The notes under the pieces were generated by a model. The model had not been told where the DNA came from. It ran no database searches and saw only the letters and a program-made list of their open reading frames with translations. Made by a program: the position numbers and the translations under genes. A stretch of 62,921 nucleotides of DNA, counting the filler, from Reticulomyxa filosa (lineage: Eukaryota > Protista > Foraminifera): NCBI GenBank assembly GCA_000512085.1. It is 11 parts of 11 records of this genome, joined end to end, with 100 filler letters (N's around TTAATTAATTAA, not from the genome) between each part and the next. Parts side by side here need not be neighbours in the genome. Positions count along the whole stretch, not along the records: positions 27,253 to 48,708 come from ASPP01006551.1; positions 48,809 to 52,508 come from ASPP01017185.1; 9 more parts are not named here. One strand, 5' to 3'. How positions within the stretch are numbered: the first letter of the stretch is position 1; every line of letters starts with the position of its first letter. Of the stretch, positions 39,654 to 52,608 are shown piece by piece.

Positions 39654-40912
39654 TTACGATGTTTGAATAATATTGACATCATTGACCATGGACACTTGTC
39701 TACTGCAAGAGCTAGTTGATTGTGTGCCCAAGGGGCGAAAAATGCAACGCTTGCACATGTGTCGATAAATCCAGTCGCCAAAGTCGAGCGACGCAAGTAG
39801 GAGAATTCCATTGAAGAACCCGTCCCAATAGGACAGCAATGTTCCAATACCGTAGCTGGAAAGTGACACAGCAAAGGCGAGCAGTGAGCTGGAAATTGCA
39901 GCGACGGCAATCCAGCAAGCTTTTCGTAAGGAGTACGTAAGTCGTTGATTATTTCCCCATATATCCTCACTGTCGTGTTTTGCTAAATAGTGCAGTCGGA
40001 TCACATATTGATAAGACAGAGCTAACATTAGTATGACAATATATACACCTGCTGCAGACAATGCGATAATCTCTGCGTCAAGATTCTCAAAATTGCATTC
40101 TTTTTTTTTTTTTTTTTTTTTTTTTTTTGTGTTTTGTGATTGGGTGAAATTTAAAAAAATAAATAAATAAATAAAAATAGTGAGTAGAGAGAGAGAGAGA
40201 GAGATGGGAGGGACAGGGATGTTACAGAAAATACATCGAAACGAATAGAGATATGAGGAACGGTCCTTTGGATTAAAAAAAAGAAAAAATCCCAGACTTC
40301 GGTTGGCAGTACACAAAAATTTGCAGATTGACCACTTGCAAGTAAAAAAAAAGCAATGGTCGCTGCAATGAAGCTAACAACAAATCCAACCAGAAATATC
40401 CATTGAAATTGCTTGCTTATTTCCAAAATGCTTTCACGAAACACCACTTCCAATCGAATGTACAAAAACAACAACAAAAGGTGATAGTATGAAAACGGCA
40501 ACCAGAGTCTGTACATAATTTCGATTCGACATTCCAATACTTTCATTGAAACGTTCGAACTTTGGTACCCTGCCATCATTGAAACATAACGCCTAATTTC
40601 CATATCCAAGTCAATCACCAAAATCAAATGATAACTCAACAACGAAAAACATAGCCATCGGTTTTGCACTTTCTTGAGATACAGACACTGATAGAAAGCA
40701 TAACACAGAATCACCAACTCCGCAATTCCCAGCAATATCACAAAGATTGTCTAAATCCACAAACAGACTGTCCGTCGGTACGTGCGCAAAAGTATACCAA
40801 CCCTCCTAACACTTTTTTCCCAATAAACACATATTTATTTTTACTCGTGTACACTTACCGCGGTCCCAAATGGAAGACGCTGGACAGTATCCAATTGTGG
40901 ACAAACTTTCAT
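39654..40912 (-). CDS. Seven-transmembrane GPCR-like protein
   Basis: Seven hydrophobic segments after splicing, a Cys before TM3, LFLYIRLEVVF at the end of TM3 and DGFFN in TM7. Confidence 0.65.
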
Positions 40913-41460
40913 TGATCACAGTCGACCAAAAAAAAATTTAATAGCTTTTTTAGAAAAAAACAGAATGTTCGATTTAATTGAGAAATAAATAATAGAATTC
41001 AATCTGTGAGTATACTCTTATTTGTAAACACTTTTTGTTACCTCGCAATAATAATTAATGTTTCATATCAAAGGTTGATCTATTTTGTCGCAACGAATAA
41101 CAAAAAAATATTGTATGTTGCAAAAAAAAAAAAAGCAAATGTAGATTTTTGTTTGTGATGTTGTTCTGAGATACTTATTAAGAGCTAGGACCGAGATACA
41201 TCCTCCAACTACCTGATTATGCTGGAAAAACTGCAACGGCATGCGTGCCAAGCAAAACGTTGAATCAAATAAAAACTATTGAAATTTTAAAATTAAGCAT
41301 TTTTCACCCCAAAAAAAGAAATAAAAAAGTTTAAAAATGTAATAGGTAAAGTGTACAGAGATAAGAACAATAAATATAAAAATATTTGTGTGTTTTTTTG
41401 TGGAGTGTCCGCTTTCACATTTTAATATTTCAATTGTCATAAAGACAAAATTTTTTCACC

Positions 41461-42907
41461 ATGGCCTATGTTCCGATTGTTTTTGTATCTGCTTTTATAT
41501 TATGGGTAGTAAGACAAGCTTTCAAGACTGTGATGGCAGTGTTTGGACACACAGACGATTATCCGGACAATTTTGATTACGCTCATAATCGTAGAAAAGA
41601 ATTATCGCAATTAGACGTAACCAATCTTCAAAAAACGCCCGATAATATCAAAGTTGAACAAGGCTATCACGAAAATGAAGAAGGTCACTTGCTGTTTTGG
41701 CGTTGTTTCATTCCTACCGACGTGAAAGCCCAAACAATGATATGTTTTTGCAATGGTTTGTATTATTGTTTGGTTTTTTTAAAAAAAAAAAGGCTTGTTA
41801 AAAAACGCATTTTAGCAAGTTAAACAAAAAAAAAAAATGGAAACATGGAAAGAGGCCAATATTTGATGGGAGGCACGGAAAGATTAAGAACATATTAAAA
41901 ATAAAACAGGATTTAACGGACATTGCGAATGGATCGAATATGACATAGGCCTGGAGTTGAGTAAGCGTGGATACATGGTGTTCATGTACGATCACATGGG
42001 ACATGGCCGAAGTTACGGAAAGTGGATGGCAATAAATGACTTTGAAATTCTAGTTGATGATGCAATTTGTATATTTGAATTTGGCAAGAAAAAGTTTGGG
42101 CATAGTGAGATGAATTACTTTTTGGTAGGAATGTCCATGGGTGGTGCTGTGGCTCTGCAAGTGTCACGAAAACAAGACTATCGCAGTGCCTCAGGCATAG
42201 ATAAAAATATCGAACTACAAACATTCAATCAACGATGGAATGGTTGTTTGTTGGCAGGTGATACTATTATTAGCATTTTTAATTTTTTTTATACACACAT
42301 ATAAATATATGTATATGCGTATATGCCTATATGAATCGAACTTTATTTGACTGGATTTTTGATTGATTGGAGGAATACAGCACCAATGGTTCAAATCCAA
42401 CAAGAAAATGTCACAAAACCATGGCTTATTACACTATTGTCAGTGCTATCGAAGGTAATCCCAGACGCACCATGGGTTCCTTCGAGAGATTTGCGAGACT
42501 TTTCATGCAAAGACAAAGCAATCATTAAATATATCAAATCCAAACCTGTAACTTGGGAAAAAAATCCAAGACTTGGCACAGCTATGCAATTCTTGCGACA
42601 ATGTCAAGATTTGCAAGAGCACTTGGAAGACATTCATATTCCTTTGCTTATCATGCACGGGAAACAAGATCGAGTAACAAGTTATGAAATGAGTATTCAA
42701 TGCTATGAAAAGGCTGGAAGTAAAGATAAAGAAATTAAAATTTATGAAAATGCATGGCACTTTCTATTTGTTGACCAATGGAAACAACAAGTCTTTGATG
42801 ACATCGATGCATGGATATCACAACGACAAGGGCACATATTCCGTGCCAGTCGATATCAAATGTTATCTTTGCAAGAAAAAAAACAACTTCAAACTCAAAA
42901 AAACTAA
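41461..42907 (+). CDS. Monoglyceride lipase/lysophospholipase-like alpha/beta hydrolase (Hydrolase_4), 3 exons
   Basis: DHMGHGRSYG, nucleophile elbow GMSMGG, catalytic Asp in HGKQD and His in YENAWH. N-terminal hydrophobic anchor. Confidence 0.9.
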
Positions 42908-43252
42908 AATGAGAGGATCTTTAAAAAAAAATTGAAAAATCATCATATTGTTTGGGAATGCAACTGAATTTCATGCACTTAAAACGATTTTTCCCAAAAC
43001 AACTCGTATTATACCTTTAAAAAATAGATTTTTTCCATTTCAGAAATAAAAGATAAAACAAAAGAACCTATTTAACAAAAACGTATTGCAGTTTGAATAG
43101 TGGTAAATTTGCCCTTTTTTTTCTTTTGTTACTTCTTGCAAAAGCAGGGACAAGAGAAAAAAACAAAAACAACACATAACAAAAAAACTCACAAAACAAA
43201 AAACTCATGACATCACAGAAGCGTAAAATTTCGATAAACGTACATAATCTTT

Positions 43253-45106
43253 TTAACGTTGGTCTGGTTCGTCGTCAGTGATCATGCTTGCCCCACGTAT
43301 GGTAATGGAAGTCATTTTATCAGTCTCGATTCCAAGTTGGGCAGCTCTGTCGTCGGCCAACAAAAGTTTGGTTTTGTCATCTTCACTACCACCTCCCTTA
43401 TACTCGATTTTATGTTTAATTTTGTCGTGTAATTCAGGCACTTGGGTGACGTTACTAAAAAATTGGTCATCCAATATCTGTGGATCTTCAGGTCCGTCGA
43501 AGATCAAAAAGAAAGTGACAAGAGCACCCAAAATGCTAACAATGCCGCAAAAGATGAAAGTGACATTGGAGCCATAGGCATCCTTTAAGGGATTGAACAT
43601 CGCGGCCCCCACAACAGCGCCCAATTTTCCCGAGGCAGCTGCAATTCCATGGCAAGTTCCTCGAATCTGAGTAGGGAAAATTTCCACAGGCAAGACGAAT
43701 GTGGTTGTATTGGGTCCAAAGTTGGAGAAAAAGAATGTCAATGCATACAGGATGACAAACAGCACCAATTGTTTTTTGATGGTGTCCCAGATTATTCCAA
43801 TCAATAAAAATAGTATTGCCATTATCACAAATCCTTGGATTTGCATTCGTCGTCGACCAATGGAGTTGATGGTGGCAACAGCAACAAAATATCCAGGCAA
43901 TGCACCTTTTGGTATTTTGTTTTTGCTTTTGTTTTTGTCTTACGCACAATGACATTGAGCGCACACACACACAACAAACCTAAAGCCAAAAACACATTTT
44001 TTAGGGATACATCAACCAGGTCATCAGAATCGTTTCCATTAGAGCTGACAGTGCTGAGGACGGAATCACTAAAGATGCCCTGAGCATAAAACACGACATC
44101 AAATAAAAACCATGCCACACTAGTCCCCAGCAACTCCTTCCAATAGAACTTTCCAATCAACTTATATTTATCTTGGATTGTTAAATGCTGATGCCAATTT
44201 TGGGATGCATTTGCCCCCTTTGAAAAGGCCTTTGATTCTTGCATTTTCATTCGAAAATAAAATATTCCTTTTTTTTTTTTTTTTTTGTTTTGTTCCCATT
44301 TAAATTGAATATTTATTAATCTTTTGGGAAGAAGGGGGAACCCGTTAAAAAAAAAAAAAAAAACGAACCAATACAAGGTACGGTTCCAATAAAAAATAAA
44401 GTTCTCCAAATGATATTCAAGTTTTCATTTTCATAAGGTTGATTGCGAGCATAAAGCTGACATAAAAGGTTTGCACTAAATGCGGCCAAGAAATTTCCCA
44501 AACCCTGCAAGGAAAATACCATCGCTACATTCGGTCCACGCTCCTTTGGTTTGTCCACGCTTTGTTCACTGGCACTGGCTGCTGCCAAAGGGTATTCTGC
44601 CCCTATGCCAAATCCTAATATTAATCTTGCTATTATCAACCACCATACCAATGATACTGAGCTTTCACTGCTATCCGTTGGAACCGCTTTTTATTATTAT
44701 TATTTTTTTTTTTGTCACTATTTGTAAATTTTTTTTTTTTTTGTGCAGATAAATATAGCTATTGAAAAAGAGGAAGAAAAATGTACAAACAATAGATCAG
44801 TTTCCTATCTCTTCTATCTTTTTAAGTTTACGTACCAGTGGTACATAAAATACCCCCAATGATCAACAGTGAACAAGACAAAATCATCATCAGACGTCTT
44901 CCTAGTTGATCTGCCAATGCTCCAATTATCACCTGGCCAAGGACGGCACCTATAAACACTGAAGTTGAAACTAATGTCTCTCTTGACTTGTACGCGTTAC
45001 CGTAACGATCTTCCATCACCACATTTACCATGTTCATCACGAACAATTGGTAAGCGTCATTAAACAGACCTAATCCTTTTACTAAGAGAGCCATTGGACC
45101 TATCAA
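43253..45106 (-). CDS. PHO84/PHT1/GIT1-family MFS phosphate or glycerophosphodiester transporter, 4 exons
   Basis: GLFNDAYQLF, GALADQLGRR, RLILGFGIGAEYPL, WFLFDVVFY and FFSNFGPNTTTFVLPVEIFPTQIRGTCHGIAAASGKLGA. Confidence 0.92.
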
Positions 45107-45578
45107 ATGTTTTTTTTTGCCTGTCCCTGTGAAAACTTTTTTTTAACTTAAAAAAGCTAACGGTTTAGGGAACAACCTAGTCGGAACGTTGTGTTTAAAG
45201 ATCAAAACAAAAATGTGCATAAAAAGAGAAGGTAAATTTTTCATTTTATAATACTGCTTCCAAAAAAAAAAAATGTATTTTTGGCAAATTTGAAGAATGC
45301 ATATCCAAAAAGGAGGTATGAAATATTGTGCTTGTTGCTCCTCCTTTGCAAACTAAAACAAAAAAGGAAGCATTTAAAAGTGATCAACACATAACAAAAA
45401 AAATATGAAATAAATAAAGCGAAACATTAATTAAACTGAAGTAATGAGTCTTTTTTTTTTATCCGACGCCTCCATGCCCTTGTTCAAAATGGTTCATATT
45501 TTTTTTTTTAACGGATCAAAAAAAAAAAAAACAAAAAAAGAAAGAGAAAGGAAGAGAAAAAAAAAAGAATTGGATCAA

Positions 45579-46430
45579 CTAATGTTTTTCTTTATTAAAA
45601 TAAAGTAGAATCTTCTTGAAGACAACAGGAAGCAAAGAAGCCAAGGCAAGTGCAAGAAGCATAACAATGTGTTGATTGGACAACACTAAAGTCCTTTGCT
45701 GTAGTGAGTCTCTTGAAATTTGCTGAATGGCTTGGCCCATATGGACATAGATGAAATTGGCAGGAATCAATCCCAAAAAAAGTGGCAAAGAGAAAAGTCC
45801 AGTAATTGATTTGAAAAATTGGACACACTAAATTGATGAACCAATTGGGGAGCAGTGGAGTGAGTCTCAAAAACAACAGGTAATAAAAAATATCTTTCGA
45901 ATTGGAATTTTTTGTCGGAAGTATATTTTCTTGAAATGTTTTTACATAGGTGGGGAAAAAATAATACACCACGTCATGTCCATAACAATACGATAAGCCA
46001 TAACATGCTGATGCTCCTATTGTGCTGCACAGTGTCACTAAAACCAGTCCTAGCCACACATTAAACAACGCCCCACTTAAGATACTTAAGAATAATGTTC
46101 CTGGAATCGCAAGTGTTTGCAATACGATATACACAGTACAAAATGCTGTGCATAAATGACTGAAATGCGATAATTGATATTTTGTTAATGCATTCGCTAC
46201 ATTTTCGACATCATTCAAATTTCGTGGAATCCGTATGCTCTCTTTCTCTTCCCTAATTTGTTTTGTTTCGTTCCGTTGCATTTTCTACACTTAAACCGTT
46301 TTTTAAAAAATTTAACACAATACTCAACTTGGGAAGCAATGACCACAGAAACACGACGATACTGAGAAAAAAGACAAATGCAAAAAAAATGCACAAGAAA
46401 ATTGCATTTGCTCTATTCATTTAATTATTT
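45579..46430 (-). CDS. TMEM41B: TMEM41/VTT (DedA, SNARE-associated) membrane protein; one homopolymer frameshift at ~45775
   Basis: YIVLQTLAIPGTLFLSILSGALF, FLRLTPLLPNWFINL and ATF/GLIPANFIYV. Confidence 0.88.
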
Positions 46431-47419
46431 GCAGGGATCTTTTTTTTTTATTCAAAAACTCCTTGAACTGTTTTTAAAAGTAAACACAGTTTTTGCAGTA
46501 GCAATTAACATAATCATTTTCAACATAGCGATACCACCACTAAATAAGACATTGCTTAAATGCAATTTTTTTGTACAACAAAGCACAGTGTTCTAGAATG
46601 TGCCCTTTTTTGTAATCAATGAAGTGCATAATTGTGGGCTACTTGGGCTCAGTACGAAGCAAGTACATATTCTAGGCACAGCTGTAACTGTTTTATCTTC
46701 ACAGAATTGATTTGCGTCGTGTTTTTACTTTTTTTTATTTTTTATTTTTAATCGAGAACTTTTTGGCAGTTGCATGACTTTAACGATCAAGCAACGGTTG
46801 AGCACTAGGAAGTGTAGAGAAGCTCACTGAACTTAGAAGGCTCCTTTTTATCAAAACTTGCATATTTACTTTTATTTTACCCTCTTTCCTTTGCGTGTTT
46901 TATTTTTGTCATTTTTCTTGATTTGATTTGATTTGTTTTCTTTTACTGAAAATGGCTCGAATGAGCACTTTTTCGTATTACACTTAGTCCTCAGTGACAG
47001 CTTGTCGTTACTCTTCTTGAAAAAACAAAGAATTTCTTACCCTTTCGTGGCGGAATATCGTAGAGTGACTTCACAGTTTTTGTTGTTTGTAAACTCAGCC
47101 AGTACCTAAGCAGATAATAAAAATTAACATTTTTAAAACATATTTACCAATTCAAAATTTAAGAATCGACAACAGCGGTAAGTTTAAATACCTGATAAAT
47201 GTCTAACTTCTGTCAAAATTTTCAAGAAAGGGAAGGTGTTGACTTTTGTTTCACGTATTTCCTCATTTTTATTTAAATAAATTTTTTAATTCATCAGTAC
47301 GTGTAGATATTATTTCAAAAAATGACGACTTTCATGAAATTACAAAGGTTAAGGAGCACTTCGAAGTTTTTTTGCGGTTGATTTCATTTTGAAGTTTTCT
47401 TCACAAAAACCAAAAGAAA

Positions 47420-48708
47420 ATGGCTGATCAAAGGAAAAAGTTTATGCGTGTGAAACGTATTGCGCAAGAACTGAAGGAAATGGCGAAAAACACTAATTAC
47501 GACGTACGTGAACAAAACCTCTTTTAACGCGTGGCTTTTTTTTTTTTTTGAACAAATAGAAATGAAATAAGACAATTAGATAACCAAAACAAAAGATTTA
47601 CTTAGAAAAAGCGAATGAGTTTGATACCGTGCTTGTGGTAATGCCTGGACCGTCAGAGAGCCTTTACGAAGGTGGTTATTACATAATCCGAATCCACTTT
47701 GGTCCTGATTATCCGTATAAATCACCCTCTGTTGGCATTCTAAACAAAATATATCATCCCAACGTTGACTGGGGTATTTTTTTATTATTTATTTATTTAT
47801 TTTTTTTTTGCTGTATTCAGTTGTAATTGAGCTTTGGTGCCCCTTTTTGGATTTTTCTGTTTTGGTGCAAAGGGGTCATTGTATGTGTGCTTTTTTTGTT
47901 TTAACAGCACAAACACGCACCTCAACATACATAAAAAAAAAAGATAATAATAATAAACTAACATAAAATAAATAAACATATAAATGTTTATATACACACA
48001 CATATAAAAAATATATATACATGTATAACAATGACATTTAACAACATGGAAAAAAAACAAGGCAGCGGAAGTGTGTGCTTAAATGCGCTAAATCATGACT
48101 GGAAAGAGTGTTATACATTGTACCAGATGATGACGACCTTATTACCTTATTTACTACGTACCCCAAATGGTAGTGACCCATTGAACCAAGAAGCAGGATC
48201 GATGTGTGAAAACTCTCCCAATGAATATGCATCACGTGTGAAAGAAATGGTGAAGAAATATGCACTTTTGCATCAACTGGAACCACTGTTGAAATCCACA
48301 CACGACTGGAGAACAAAGCAATCATACCGTTGTTCCGCCACTTCTTCCACTTCTTTTTTTTTTTCTTCTTCTTCTTCTTCTGCTTCTGCTTCGTCATCAA
48401 AAGAAAAATCAGGGAACGAACACGCAGCTGAAAAAAAGCAAAGCGCAATGGGAACAAAACATGCGTCATCGTCATCGCCCACCAATCAAAAAACGCAAAT
48501 GGCGAACGACAGTGATGACGGCATCGATGACAACGCTTTATTAGATTCTTCCGACAGTGACAACGACAACAACAAGGACAGCAAAAACAAGAACAGTAAA
48601 GCCAAGTCCAATGCCAGTCCAATGAATGGTGTCAGTCGTGTCGCCACAGACGGTAAAAAATTTATTTTATGTAAAACGAACTTAATTAATTTTTTTTTTT
48701 TTTTTTTT
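47420..48708 (+). CDS. UBE2H: Ubiquitin-conjugating enzyme E2, UBC8/UBE2H-like, with a Ser/Asp-rich C-terminal extension
   Basis: [10 protein letters not shown]...[24 protein letters not shown]|SGSVCL (active-site Cys)...[19 protein letters not shown]. Confidence 0.88.
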
Positions 48709-48808
48709 NNNNNNNNNNNNNNNNNNNNNNNNNNNNNNNNNNNNNNNNNNNNTTAATTAATTAANNNNNNNNNNNNNNNNNNNNNNNNNNNNNNNNNNNN
48801 NNNNNNNN
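48709..48808. other. Assembly gap linker
   Basis: N44-TTAATTAATTAA-N44. Confidence 0.98.
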
Positions 48809-48922
48809 TGCAATAAATCAAAAAATTGCACACGATTCATTTTTTTTTTTTTTGAAGAAGAAAAGTTGTGGAGAGGGAAGGAGGAAGAGAAGACAGAAAA
48901 ATATTTTATGAAAATTTTGAAA

Positions 48923-50350
48923 TTACAATTCTTCCCAAAACTTGGTTGTATACGTGGTTGTTTTTGTAACAAACTCCTTGTCGTTAAAAATTTTCATTTC
49001 TTGGCCACCAATGTGTCCGACACTGTTCTTCCGCCAAATGGAGAAGGTGTCCTTTGTACCCGGCCATTGAGGTAAATTGCACTCATAGATTTTATGATAT
49101 CTTCTGGCCAATTCATTTTGCACTTCGATTGATGTCGTGCGTCCACTTTTTTTTTTTTTTTAAAATAAAACGTAATCCATATAACCATATTAATGTATAT
49201 ATGCATATATATATGCATAGCTGTATATGCATATACATATATATATGTATACGTATAAATGCATATGATTATGTGTAGACAAACCATGGTTCGGTGGAAA
49301 AAGTATTGAGAAACAACTCTCCGAAATGGACGACAAACTCGCCTTGGAAATGTTTCAAAGTGAAGAGATTGAGCCGAATGAGTGCATTTCGAAAGGGATG
49401 TTGAAGCGGGACAGTGAGATCGGAGTGGCATTCTTGGGCGGTGACAGAGCGTGGCTGAGAAAAGTACGTGTGAAAGTAGTCACAATATTCCAACAACAGA
49501 ATGGTGGTATGTGAAAAGTCTTTCAAGATTGAGGCGAGCATGGTTTCCAAAGCGTCTTGTTTTCGACTCGTCACTTTGCTTTTGGACTTGTCTTCCTTTT
49601 TCTCGTCGTTCACATGTTTGTCGATTGTCTTGGCAAACCAACTGCCGTGGTCTGTCGCTTTGGTCGCGGCGTGAGGGGCGAGCTTCGTCGATTCGTGCAC
49701 TCGATAATGATTGAATGGGATTTGATACACTCGGTTTAACAAATATCCCCAAAACCCATCTTTTTTATTCGATATGCACATATTGACTTGCAACAGTTGA
49801 TATGAACGCGTTTTCGATAGTTTCAGCAGTGCTTGCAGGATCGCCTTCGACGGAATCGCGTAGCTATATTCCGTCATCAGTTGCATTCGCGATTTAAATG
49901 TTTGTTTCATTTCGTTCAGTATTTGTTTTTTTTTTTGGGCACCCAATCCATTGAAACTGTTTGGATTGGACATGTAAGGTGTCATTTGATTCCTATTTTT
50001 TTTTTTTTTATAAGTTTTTTTTTTTATTAAAAAAAAAAAAAAAAAAAAGGGGGAAACATCCTATCTCTCATCATCATCATCAAAACATACGCGTTCAGTT
50101 TGCTCATGATCTCATTGTATCGATCCCAATACTCGTTTTGAACCTTCACTTTCGATTTTTCAATCTTCCCTTCCAGCTCCTTTTTTAGCTTCATTCTTTT
50201 CTTCGTTACTTCTGCTAACAACTCCTTCGGCACACTTTGCGCCAAGGTCTCACGCAACTTTAACCTCCTTTTAGCCTTAGCATGCGAAATCTTTTGCAAG
50301 CTTTTATGATTTAAACCAAGTGCATCTGTGTAGCGTAGACGTTTTGGCAT
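48923..50350 (-). CDS. Uncharacterised class-I methyltransferase-fold-like protein, 3 exons
   Basis: YSYAIPS..IL, GFWGYLL, LKHFQGEFVVHFGE and LPQWPGTKDTFSIWR resemble an uncharacterised SAM-dependent MTase-like family. The glycine-rich motif I is not recognisable. Confidence 0.55.
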
Positions 50351-51129
50351 ATTTATTCGAGTATCTTTTAAAGAGATTTAATGTACTATGCACGTTTTTT
50401 GTACAGTTCGAGACCCTTCATCATTCACTTTTTCAAACGTTCGTCTACTACCTTTTTCATGCATGTTCAAAAAGTGGAAATGTGAAAAAATACGTAGTCT
50501 AATTGTCGTACTTTCGTTCAAAATATATCCTTCATTAAACAAGAACCACAGTATTTATAAGGGAAAAATTTGCTTTATTTGATTCATTCAAAAAAAAAGG
50601 ACTTTTTTGTAATTAAACAATGATACTATCCCCCAAATATAAAAAGAATCCTTGGTTGTGCCATAGCACCACAATTACGATCGTGAAGATTTCTTTTTTA
50701 ATTGTAAAAATACTCTATTTTCTGAGCCAGAACATATTACATCGAATTACCACTAACTACAATATTTTTACTACAAAAGTGAATATTCAAAAGTTTTCAA
50801 AATTTTTAATGTCCCAAAAAGTTTGTTAATAAAAGAGTTCAACAAATATAAATGAAAGATAATTTTTATAATCAAATATATTTTATTTTTTAATTTAAAG
50901 TTAATCCCATTTTGTGAATATCTTTTAACTATAATAAATAATACAAATTTTCAATATTATCATAAATGCAATTTTTTTTTGCATTAACAATCCCTCAATA
51001 TTATCAATTATTCCATTAATTTTCAATCTACACGAACTTTTTTTTGGAAGAAATAAACAAAGATGTATTTTTCTCCTTTCTTTAAAATTATCATAGATTT
51101 TTTTAAAAATTCGACAATAATTCAAGTGT

Positions 51130-51960
51130 TACGACATCAAAAAGTAATTCAATATTATAATCATTTTTTTGTAGATATAATGTTATCCTTGAATGATGAT
51201 ATCAAATTATTTGTAAATTATATTAAAAGTATTTGAAACATAAATCTTTATTTTTGATTTTATATAAAAAAACACTGGAATTGAAATCAAAATAAATGTT
51301 ATTTATTTCTTCATACAATAAAAGTTATTGTATATTCATTATCACCAATATGAATTTTACCATTAGTTAGCCACAACATACATAATTTTACATTTTTCTT
51401 TATTTTTCAATGATATAAATTTAATGCTTATTATTCTTTATTCACTTTCTGTATCAAGTTTATCACCATATATCATATGCAATGCATCGAATATCACAAA
51501 AATAAATTGTATTATCAAATACTCCATAACATATTACATTTGAGTCACCAAATTCATTATTTACTGCAAATAGTAAATATTCAACAATATGTAAATCATT
51601 TATGTGTACTTCAAATTTTTGAATTTCTTTACTAGATCGAATATACTATAAACAAACGATTTTATTCTATGATCCAGATAATATTGTGTTTACACAGTCA
51701 TATTTTCTAATTCATTTGATTCATATTTTACAATATTCACGTAATCATTATTGAATTTAGTTATTGTTTAGCTATTTCAATATCATAAGTTTCGTCAATG
51801 ATCCAAAATATAAATATAGATTACTATTGAATGGTAAAAATTAAATTCTATAAACACAATTTTTGTGCATATTTAATTCTTTCAATTGCCTTTATATTCA
51901 TTCGATATTCAAAAATGAATAATTTTGTCAATTGTTGCATAGCAAACGACATTACAATAA
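51130..51960 (-). pseudogene. Highly degenerate WD40-family copy
   Basis: Relics NTILSGS*NKIVCL*YIRSSKEIQKFEVH...VEY..F...NVICYGVFDN, with many stops. Confidence 0.7.
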
Positions 51961-52508
51961 CGATAGTAATAATGATATGATAAAAATTTCGCAACATACG
52001 CGTTGAAATAATAAAAATAGTTGATTAGTATGTATATTAAAGTTATAAATTGTTTTATTATAAAAACGTATTGATGAAATGTGTTTAAATAAATATTGTA
52101 AGAATTTGAATGAAAAACAAGTTAACAAAAAACTAACGTTATTGGAAACAAGTATGTGAAAATTGGAAAGTGATTTTGGTATTTTTTTAAAACTGGTTGA
52201 AAGTTTGAAATAGTTTTCTTTCGCTATTGCGTAAAAACGAAAAAGTTTTTTTGTGTAAAAAAGCGAAGGGGGAGTTGTCAAAATACTTTGATGACGTCAA
52301 CAAAAAAAAAAAGATTGAAATAAGAAAACGCTAAGACAATGCATTTACATAAGTAATTTTTGGAATGAATAAACTTATAAAATGATTGACAGAGGTTGAT
52401 TTTTGTTGTGAATGCGAAATTTCGGATTGGAAGCAAAAGGTGATTTAAAAATAGTTTTTGATTAGGAATGTATAAAATTTGTGTATAATACGAAGAAGAA
52501 GATTTTTG

Positions 52509-52608
52509 NNNNNNNNNNNNNNNNNNNNNNNNNNNNNNNNNNNNNNNNNNNNTTAATTAATTAANNNNNNNNNNNNNNNNNNNNNNNNNNNNNNNNNNNN
52601 NNNNNNNN
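52509..52608. other. Assembly gap linker
   Basis: N44-TTAATTAATTAA-N44. Confidence 0.98.

Noticed and set aside
45765-45790. Frameshift in TMEM41 as programmed frameshifting
   Set aside because: It falls in a homopolymer run in an assembly full of homopolymer indels, so it is most likely a sequencing error.
46560-47120. Moderately GC-rich intergenic patches as possible snoRNA or tRNA
   Set aside because: No convincing C/D or H/ACA boxes and no cloverleaf. More likely decayed coding sequence.
1838-52608. Regularly recurring TTAATTAATTAA motif flanked by N runs (10 copies)
   Set aside because: Artificial contig linker with six-frame stops, not a biological repeat or CRISPR. Adjacency across linkers is therefore uncertain.
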